Source of the DNA: Octopus bimaculoides
Lineage: Eukaryota
DNA: 35,139 nucleotides
Direction of reading: 5' to 3'
NCBI RefSeq assembly: GCF_001194135.2
Contig: NC_068988.1
Location: forward strand, 67,051,832-67,086,970
Positions 25,862 to 35,139 of the stretch are shown in pieces. Every line of letters starts with the position of its first letter. Within the stretch, counting starts at the first letter, position 1. The notes beneath the pieces were generated by a model. The model did no database searches, was not told the origin of the DNA, and saw only the letters and a program-made list of their open reading frames with translations. Position numbers and translations under genes: made by a program.

Positions 25862-27227
25862 NNNNNNNNNNNNNNNNNNNNNNNNNNNNNNNNNNNNNNN
25901 NNNNNNNNNNNNNNNNNNNNNNNNNNNNNNNNNNNNNNNNNNNNNNNNNNNNNNNNNNNNNNNNNNNNNNNNNNNNNNNNNNNNNNNNNNNNNNNNNNNN
26001 NNNNNNNNNNNNNNNNNNNNNNNNNNNNNNNNNNNNNNNNNNNNNNNNNNNNNNNNNNNNNNNNNNNNNNNNNNNNNNNNNNNNNNNNNNNNNNNNNNNN
26101 NNNNNNNNNNNNNNNNNNNNNNNNNNNNNNNNNNNNNNNNNNNNNNNNGGGTTAGTATTTAATTTATTGATCCTAAAAGGATTAAAAGTAGGGACCACCT
26201 CAGCAGGATTTGGTGTTCTGCGCACCAAGAATAAATATGAATATCGTATGACACTTATTTTTCGTACTTGTAGACCAATAAAAAATTGTGCCAGTGACGA
26301 ATAGGATCGGTTAAAATAGTCTTGATTTCTAAAAATACGACTGAACTAGCTTCACTGAAAGGAAAAGCAAAATATTTATCATGGAACGGTACACGTTATG
26401 CTTAATGTAGTTTTCGGTAGTTTATACTTTTCTTTACAATACGGTTTAAAAATAATCTTTCTTCTTTTGCGAAATTTCGGCATTAGAGTTTATTTTACAG
26501 TAGGAAATAGTAAACAATTGCCATTTGCTTTTGACTTGAGTCATAATTTCTTGATGGACATAAAGCTGCCCTTGAACACACCCTAAGCGCTTTCTCCTAT
26601 AAACCTGCTCTCTTCCCTGCTTGTTCCACCTCTAATATAGTGACTGAATTACTTGGAACTGGTTGAACTCGATTCTGTCCATTCAGACTCGTCGCCCTCT
26701 CCTGAATCCTGTTGTCCCCATCGTCTACATCTATTACTAACCTCCTGATATTGTCTCCCTTTTCCGTTCTATCTCTGTCCATGATATTTTTTATTGCAGC
26801 TGCGGGAAACTTAAGAATTCAGTTATTTACTTCAAACAGAAGAAGAATCCCATTACACTCACTCAAAAGTTACAATAATAATAAATGGCACACCAACTAT
26901 ACAACCATCTACATGTTTCAGTAATTCAAAAACATGTTATCACTATGTATTGTTTGCTTCTATTAAAAGCACAAAAATATTGGACACTGCTTAAATAGAT
27001 TCAAATGCTTCTACATTGGTGTTCCTTGCTACTACGTCATCTCTCCTTGATCGATGGAAGAGGGAAAGAGAAGGGAAGTGTAAGAAAGAGCCAGAAAGAG
27101 AAAGAAAGTGTAAGAAAGAGCGAGAAAGAGTAAGAAACAGAAGAAGAAAAGAGATAGAGAGATAACGAAAGGGAGTAATTCCGATTGCTTTGTCAAATAT
27201 TGCAAATATAGAGAGGAAGTCAATATA

Positions 27228-27265
<38 letters not shown>

Positions 27266-27305
27266 ATAGAGAATGAAAGAAACAAAAAGAGCGTGTATGC
27301 ATGCA

Positions 27306-27353
<48 letters not shown>

Positions 27354-27719
27354 GTTGTAGCTTGCTATGAAACCTTATAGATATTTAGTGTCAGATGAAA
27401 TGAAGCACTTTTCTGATGATGAACATAACTATCTACATTTACTGCCATTCTCAAATGTAAGATAGTATTAGTTTGCAAAATGAGCGAGGTCCCCACGTTG
27501 ATTATAAATGAGATACAGTTGAAGGTGAAGAAGAAGCATATTTATTATCGTCCTCAGAATATCTTTGACGTGCTGTAACTCACAATGATAGCCTTGTAAA
27601 TCTCCCAGTTAGCTTTCGTTACTCTGTGAACTTTTGTTGACAGGAAGTATGTTAAATAGCGTGGACAGCAAAAGATAAAATATTTGGCATCTCCCCTGGT
27701 TACAGAAAATACTGTAGAC

Positions 27720-28105
27720 TCTATCTTTTATCGTTTACTTGCTCTAGTCATTGGACTGCAGCCATGTTAGGGCGCCCTTTTGACGGATTCAGTCAAACAA
27801 GCTAACCCCGGCGCGTATACTTTCCCTGGTCCTTATTCTATCGATCTATAGTGCTGAAATGCTAAGTTACAGGGATGTAAACAAACAAACGAAAACGCAA
27901 AGAGACATACAAATAGCCACTTGATACCTTCCCCGTGAAACATATATGCAACGGCTTCTTTCATTTTCCGTCAATCGAATCTACTGACAAGGGTTTGACC
28001 GGCGCGAAGCTATAGCAGAAGACACTTGCCCAAGTCGTCACATTGTGGAAATGAACCCAGAACTATTCAAATGGGTAGCAAACTTCTTATCAAATCGCCA
28101 CCATT
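27720..28105 (-). mobile_element. Older family B SINE in tandem with 28187-28595
   Basis: Colinear similarity: gtcattggactgcagccatg, gctaagttacaggg, cttctttcattttccgtc, gacacttgcccaag. Confidence 0.8.
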
Positions 28106-28186
28106 GTGAAACAGTAGCTAAAATAAAGTGGACAACGGAAGTCTATATACTATTTCGTGGTTACATTTCATACCCTCTTTAATCTG

Positions 28187-28595
28187 TCTTTTACTCTTTT
28201 ACTTGTTTCAGTCATTTGACTGCGGCCATGCTAGAGCACCGCCTTTAGTCGAGAAAATCGACCCAGGACTTATTCTTTGTAAGCCTAGTACTTATTCTAT
28301 CGGTCTCTTTTTGCCGAACCGCTAAGTTACGGGGACGTAAACACACCAGCATCGGTTGTCAAGCGATGGTGGGAGGACAAACTCAGACACACAAACACAC
28401 ACACACACACATCTATATATATACATATATACGACGGGCTTCTTTCAGTTTCCGTCTACCAAATCCACTCACAAGGCTTTGGTCGGCCCGAGGCTATAGT
28501 GGAAGACACTTGCCCAAGGTGCCACGCAGTGGGACCGAACCCGGAACCATGTGGTTGGTAAGCAAGCTACTTACTACACAGCCACTCCTGCGCCT
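28187..28595 (-). mobile_element. Full-length, well-preserved tRNA-derived SINE (family B, OR-like) with central (CA)/(TA) tract
   Basis: Minus strand: aggcgcaggagtggctgtgtagtaagtagc...gggttcggtccc head, accttgggcaagtg segment, 3' tail catggccgcagtcaaatgactgaaacaagtaaaaga. Confidence 0.9.
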
Positions 28596-28709
28596 ACTAA
28601 CAAATAATGTCTAAAAACAAAACGACCAAACAAACATGGGTTAAATATTTGCTCATATTACAAATGTTCTATAAATGATGTACAAAATTGTCGCAATATT
28701 ACATAATTT

Positions 28710-28761
<52 letters not shown>

Positions 28762-28827
28762 CAGCAGCAGCAGAAGCAGCAGCAGAAGCAGCAGCAGCAG
28801 TAGTAGTAGTAGTAGTAGTAGTAGTAG
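28710..28827. repeat. Compound (TAG)n(CAG)n(TAG)n microsatellite
   Basis: Direct reading. Confidence 0.95.
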
Positions 28828-29633
28828 ACCACAGTCGATTGGATTGACCCTAATGCATGACTTGATGCTATGCTTTATTTTATCATTTACGAAAGAAGAA
28901 AGTCAAAGTTCATCTCGACGCCATTTGAATTCAGACTTTAGTGACATAACCAAAATAACTGCTCGCCTGTTATTCTGTTGTCTACCGACCCTGCACTTGT
29001 TTCAATTGCTAACAGTGTTACTACAATAGTTTCTCTACTGCAATTAGTCCACTATAACAACGACAACGATAAAGACGACGACGACGACGACGACCACCAC
29101 CACCACCACCACCACCATTACTACTTCTAATACTAATACAGAATAGAGAAGTGAAATCAATTCATAATCGTTAGAGAGGTGGACAAAAAGACGAAGATAT
29201 TATTAAAGTAACACATTTAGAAATAGGTCTGATTCTATTGAACTCTCGCTCTTCAAAGCGCATCAAGATAAATAAATTTGTAAATTATTAGCGTCACGCC
29301 TTGTTGTGGTGGTCGGGGTGAACAAATTTGACAGGCGAGTCCATTAGTTTTATTTAAATGTTTTTGGCTAAGACATCTCATCCATTTCTCTCATTCTCTT
29401 TTCTTTCGTTTCTTCTTTGTTTCTAACGTTTACGAGTAAGTAACACTTGAGGATGGCTTTTCGTTTTTCTGTTGAAGAACTCTAGTTGAATTTTTTTCAA
29501 TTTCTGCATTTCTGTGTATTTGTTTTCTCAGTTCTCATTATTCTTGTATTTATGAACAAACGTACTGTTGAAATATTGTTCAGTTAAAAAAAAAAATGAA
29601 TAACGTCAATTTCTTCTATTATATATCGTGCCA

Positions 29634-29674
29634 TTCTTCTTCTTCTTCTTCTTCTTCTTCTTCTTCTTCTTCTT

Positions 29675-29754
<80 letters not shown>
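29634..29754. repeat. Compound (TTC)n(TTA)n microsatellite
   Basis: Direct reading. Confidence 0.95.
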
Positions 29755-29755
<1 letters not shown>

Positions 29756-29907
29756 CTTGCTGCAGAACACATCGGACCTGTTTTCGAACGCTCCAAATGA
29801 GTTCATTTCAAAATATTTATTTGCACCAGGTTTGGTGTCCTTTTGCAACAATTATTTTATTCCAAGTCGTAAATAGAAGCACCAGGAACCTATGACTGAT
29901 GTTTTAT

Positions 29908-31288
29908 AGTTGTGAGGCCCCCAGAGGGGCGATTTTCGGCCCACCAAATTAATTCGGTGTGCGTTAAAATTTAATGGAATTAATACAACTCAACAAGATG
30001 GCGGAGCGCATCTTGAAAGAGTTGAGGAAAAACAAAACGAACCCTCCTACAAATATGGCAACAGATGAAGACTTCCCTACCCTTCCCTCTGTCATGGGAA
30101 ACAGTACAAGGGAAGGAGAGGAGGAGAAGAACAAGACTGTCATGGTATAATGAACAACGAACAATGGTAGCAGAAACACTAACCACGGTAGAAATGACTA
30201 AAAGCAGCCGCAACATTGAGAGCAGCCACAGCAGTAGTAGTGGGAGCAGCAACAACCACGAAAAAGAAAACAGCAGAAGTGGCTGTGGCGATAACAAGAA
30301 CAATAACAACAACAACGAGAGCAAAAGTGTCGGCAGCAACAATAAAACCAATACCAGCAACATCGATAAGAACGACAACAATAAGGGCAGCAACAGCAGC
30401 AACATTGACAACAACAAAAACAACAACGAAAACTGTACAAATAAAAATATCAAAAGTAGTTTTGCAGCAGCAGCAGCAGCCAAGACCGAACACTGATATA
30501 GCGTAGACCTCATAGATAGGGAGCAGATGCTCATAGAGGCATGGAAACTAATTAAACAAGAGAACAATTGGGCAAATCTGAGAATCCCATCGGAGGCAAA
30601 TGAAGCAGTGGAGAGAAGAACGCTACTTTTCAGATGCATCTCAGAAGACGCAAAAAGAGTGGCTTTGATAGCCCAAGTAGATATTGAGGCGGCGCTGAGG
30701 TTCCTAAGAAGTGTCATCGAATGCTTAACGAGGGGCTGTTAAAATCAGAAGCACTCGCTGTGAAACATACAATGACCCCCTGCAAAACCAGCAAAGTCAT
30801 CATGTACCCCTCCCAAATGGGGAAATTTACAGCCCGCGTCCGCATTTCTAAAATCTCCCTAGGACTAGATATTTGGTGACTTCTGGGATGCGTAATCGTG
30901 GAGAAGACGGATACTGTCTATATAGTGGCGAGAAGAACTGCCAGGGAGGATTGGTCAGTAGTTGACTTGGAGATACTTCTCCAGATCAGACACGAAAGCA
31001 TAAAAAAAATCCCAGACCACATCCATCTCTAGAACGGGATGGTGATACATATCATGACTGAGGACAAAAGGCCTCATTGTTTCAGGAGTGGAGAATCGCC
31101 TTGTTTGTCTGCTCGCTGCCTCCTACGGCCTCCACTGCTGCCTACGCCGGGACGAAAACCACAAACATCACCAGCACCGGAAAAAACCACCAGCAACAAC
31201 ACCAAAAACATTAACTACCCTAGTGGGAAACAAGGAAAGCTCTCCCATCCCCTCACACCAAACAAAAATACACAATACAGGAGAAAGG

Positions 31289-31289
<1 letters not shown>
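29908..31289 (+). mobile_element. Non-LTR retrotransposon 5' end plus decayed gag-like ORF1 (no ORF2 present)
   Basis: GC-richer leader, then ATG at 29998: MAERILKELRKNKTNPPTNMATDEDFPTLP. After an AAC/AGC-rich tract: EQMLIEAWKLIKQE...LKSEALAVKH...IHIMTEDKRPHCFRSGESPCLSARC (degenerate CX2CX4HX4C knuckle, 31078-31119). Interrupted by stops and frameshifts. Confidence 0.75.

Positions 31290-31353
<64 letters not shown>
31290..31353. repeat. (TAT)n tract between the ORF1 element and the Dong 3' end
   Basis: Direct reading. Confidence 0.95.
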
Positions 31354-31355
<2 letters not shown>

Positions 31356-32864
31356 GTTTCACTTTTGCTTTGTATTTGAACAAGTTGACTCCAAGTCTCA
31401 CCCAGAGGCCTCAAAAGACAAGTTAGAAGTTCGTGTCGGTGTAATACCTAGGGTGTCAAATATCTGGTTTTGTACATAGTATTGTTCTAGAGAATGTTTA
31501 AGAAACGATAAGAAAATTATAAGTTTGTTTTAAAATTTGAAATTACATAGACAGTATTTTACGTAGGATATGGGCAGTTCCCATGATTACTGTCTTTAAA
31601 ATTTCTGCCATTTTTGGGCTTTATGGTATTGTTTTAATCTTGAGGTTCCACATTTTGCCAATTTCTATTTCGATATCTTTATATTTGCTCAGTTTTTGGT
31701 AGGTCTTGACAGATACATTTATGTCCACTGGGACAGTCATATCAAGGAGGCATGATTTTTGTCTGAAGTCCTTCATTATAATGTCTGGCCTATTCGCAGA
31801 TATCTTTCTGTCAGTTGGAATGTTGAAGTTTCAAATGAGTGAGAAGTGATCATTTTCAAGCACTGGCGGTGGTTTGTGTTCCCAACAGTTTTTATGAGGA
31901 CCAGGTTTTTGAAAATTACCCAGTGAATATACCGTGCTGCTCTATCATGCCTGTTGAGATACTCTGTAGGCGCAAGAAGACTCCACGTGGAGACAACATG
32001 ATCAGTGGTTTCATTTTGTTGTTTACATACACGACATGTTGGGCTACTGCCGTACTTTAATATGTTGGCCCGGTAGTTCCTTGTAGGTAGGCATTGAGCT
32101 TGGGCTGTTCTGTTAAACCCTTCTGTTTCTGATTTTAAGTCACATCATATTAACCATTGATGTGTAAGGGCTTTGCCAACATGGGCATTATTAACTCTCT
32201 TTATGTATTTGACATTGAGAGATTTTTCTTGCCATTTATCAGCAAAAATATCTAAGGCGACAGTTTTAGTACGGGTTTTCATATACTTAGCTTTTTCTGT
32301 GCTTGTTTCCAGTACGTCTAATTCTTGGATTTGTTGTATTTGGAATCCCCTTAATATTCCTTTGCCTGTTTTGTTAATGAGTACGATGCTTTCTTATTTT
32401 AGCGCTTTAAGACAAGTTTTAATATCCAGTCATCAGAGTTTTTCAGGTAGGTGTTTAGGCCAATTGTAGAAATCTTCATTGTTGATTCCATTTGTAAAAG
32501 TCCACGGCCTCCCTCTTTTTTTGGCAGGCAAAGTCGTTCTATATCTGCCTTAGGGTGGTGCATTCTATGTATTGTCAACGATTTTCGTATTTTTCTCTCA
32601 AGATTACATATTTCAGTAATTGACCAGTTAATGATATTGTAATTTGTAAGTCGCTACTGGTATGGTTAATGTATTGATTGCTTCGATCCTGTTTCTTGCA
32701 TTCAGCTCTGTCTTGAGTATTGCCCCTACGTTGCGGTAACATTCTCTTCTGATCCTTTCCCTCATCATTGAATGTTTGATTCCGTCACCTTCAAATACCC
32801 CTAGGTATTTATAGCTCTCCGATGGTTCTAACTCCTTATGATATTCTGCTGGACAAGATTAACG
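31354..32864 (-). mobile_element. 5'-truncated, decayed R4/Dong-clade non-LTR retrotransposon (end of RT, CCHC finger, REL endonuclease, 3' UTR)
   Basis: Minus-strand translation with frameshifts and stops: ELEPSESYKYLG; ELNARNRIEAINTL; CRVCKQQNETTDHVVSTWSLLAPTEYLNRHD; NRPDIIMKDFRQKSCLLDMTVP...KLSKYKD; GTAHILRKILSM* (stop at 31543-31545). A ~190-nt 3' UTR runs into (TAA)n. Confidence 0.9.
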
Positions 32865-33020
32865 TTACGTTCTGAGCTCAAATTTCGTCGAGGTCGACTT
32901 TGCCTTTCCTCCTTTCGGGGTCGATTAAATAAGTACCAGTTAATCACTGAGGTCGATGTAATCAACTTAATCCCCGTCTGTCCTTGTTTGTCCCCTCTAT
33001 GTTTAGCCCCCTGTGGGCAA

Positions 33021-33051
<31 letters not shown>

Positions 33052-33059
33052 TAATAATT
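32865..33059 (+). mobile_element. 5'-truncated family A-type SINE with (TAAA)n(TAA)n tail
   Basis: Starts just before the B box (ttacgttctgagctcaaatt), then gtcgactttgcctttcctcctttcggggtcgatt, and ends gtgggcaataaataaat. Confidence 0.85.
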
Positions 33060-33092
33060 ATTATTATTATTATTGACGTTGGATGTTTTTTG

Positions 33093-33165
<73 letters not shown>

Positions 33166-33435
33166 CAGTATCATTATCGTGTTCTCCCTCCTCCAGTTCA
33201 TCATCATCAACACTGTTGTTATTGTTTGTCATGAATGGTAGCTACTTAAAAAAAAATTACCGAATGAAAAGAAGTGAAGTGTTCTCTTGTTCATTTTGCC
33301 AACGAAAATGTTCGGGGATATTGAAATGTCAACGTCATTTCTTATGGTGGGAAAACCATGTTGTTTGCTTAAACATAAATTTTAACTTGTTTATATTTTG
33401 CCACGGTATCTAAATGTGTTTATTCTTGGCTCAAA

Positions 33436-35139
33436 ATGGCCACCTCTCTTACAGTGGAAAGAATTGCTTGTCTTAATGGTGGTAATAGTCTCAACACTGA
33501 ACGACAAAAACAAAAACAAAAAAAGAAAATCGAAATTTTGCAAATACAAATTGTTTGTACTTCAGCGACATTATGTAAAACTAACACCATCACCAGCGTC
33601 ACTACCACCGTTACCACACCCCCAGAAGGCAACAACATCACCACAAACAGCAGTATCACCATCATCAGCAACGAAGCCACATCCCATTCTCACCGCTAAC
33701 AGTAATAACTACAGCTACATGAAAGTTAACACCGCCACCACCACCACCAACAACAACAAAAACAAAACTGTAACCAAGGTTACAAAACACTATACAGACG
33801 ACGTCTCCAAAGTCTCTGACGTCAATACCATTTCTGCTGACGCTATCATTACCACCACCACCAACAAGAACAACCACAACAACAACAACAACAACAGCAG
33901 CAACAGTTCAACTCAACCTTTTCTCTCTTCACCAGCAGCAAGCGAAAGAGAGGAAGGACAAATGAATACAAGCCACAACACCACTGACACAGTCACAAAT
34001 ACCACATCTGCCACCAATACCAGTGCCAGCACCAGCAACAACAACAACAACAACAACAAAAACAAAAACAAAAACTTTGCTGAAGCTTTGAAGCAAAGTG
34101 AAACTGTTGTGTCCTACACGACAAAGGAAATCATAGAAATGTGGAAGTCGATCACCAAAGAAAGCGGTGAAGTACATTTAAACATACCTGAACACACATT
34201 ACAGGAAACAATCATATACAAAATAATAAACACTAAAAGTAGAAGGTCAGCACAGGCCAGTATAGACAAGATTGAAAGATGTTTGAAATCAATTTGGAAT
34301 GAAAAATCTGATATCACTTGGTACAAATTTGCACAAGTACAAGTTATTTTTTGAAATGAAGAGTTAGCGAAGAAATATTCAACGCTAACTCTTCACACAC
34401 CANNNNNNNNNNACATCCGTTTGGCAGCAAACCAAAAATTACATATAGTGGTAGAGGGCAGGTGGCCTCGCTGTTACTTATGCGACAGCGAGGCACACCT
34501 CAAAAAGGAATATCCGACTGCCCGAAAAACACAACAACAACAAGAACTAACTAAACACATAAAAAAAGCATTGCTACCCAGACCGCTATCCACACAAAAA
34601 ACAACAAAAGCAACATCAGCAACATCAACGAAAGAAAATACAACAAAAACTGCAAAATTAACAAACAAAGAAGGCGAAAGAAGAAAAGACAATACAAAAA
34701 CTGTATTGTCTTACACCACAACCAAAAATTCAACAACCAACAACAACAAAAACAACAACACAACCACTTACACAAGCAAACACAGATGCATACAACATGC
34801 CCCTTCCTCCTTCCGATTTCTCAGAGTCTTCATCTGAAGACGAGTCAAGTAATGAGGAATGGAAAATAGCCCAGAAAGGAAGGAGGAAGAGGAGCAAAAA
34901 AAGAAAAACGAACAACAACAAAGCAGGGAGATTCACATCTCTCGAAAACACTCCCAACTCCTACACGATAAACACCAATAATAACACACCAAAAACAATG
35001 CTAACACCAATAGACACTACAAACACAGAGTTGATGAAATACATCAACTCTAAAACAAACATCACAAATAACGACATCAAAACAAACAACCACCCACACA
35101 CAACATCGCCAAAACACATTAAAATTTATCATGTAACAC
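33436..35139 (+). mobile_element. Second, divergent gag-like ORF1 remnant of a non-LTR element (continues past the window end)
   Basis: After a poly-N/T tract: NFAEALK...KEIIEMWKSITKE...VIF*NEELAKKYS, a 10-N gap, then LHIVVEGRWPRCYLCDSEAHLKKEYP (knuckle 34472-34513, last C mutated to Y) and SSEDESSNEEWKIAQKGRRKRSKK. Colinear with the 29908-31289 element. 5' boundary uncertain. Confidence 0.75.

Noticed and set aside
26260-26365. Minus-strand acceptor with open frame EASSVVFLEIKTILTDPIRHWHNFLLVY
   Set aside because: No recognisable rGC homology, weak donor, and its phase is incompatible with the 18448 acceptor.

Overview
AT-rich (coleoid, very probably Octopus) genomic DNA with six N-gaps, dense microsatellites and tRNA-derived SINEs; the species call is inferred from repeat families. 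None of the supplied ORFs is a real host gene. Reading the minus strand for splice signals gives two consecutive phase-0 exons (18365-18448 and 1522-1599). Spliced, they encode RQSMTSAPSVDTLALDTHQVFTRTGYYK|GSIVALKRINKTSITINRQLKMDIKR, the start of the kinase-homology domain of a receptor (NPR-type) guanylyl cyclase, across a 16,765-nt intron. The rest of the window appears intronic. It holds a decayed RTE-clade LINE, a 5'-truncated R4/Dong-clade LINE (RT-CCHC-REL), two gag-like ORF1 remnants, at least three SINE families, a tRNA-Asp pseudogene, a long hairpin and a CpG-rich 32-bp minisatellite. I do not see a demonstrably new biological system. The best leads concern retroelement interplay (Dong 3' ends abutting AGAAAGG(ATT)n tails, a head-to-head SINE/LINE junction, a SINE nested in inverted orientation inside its own family) and the hairpin. 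Repeat boundaries are by eye, about +/-10-20 nt.
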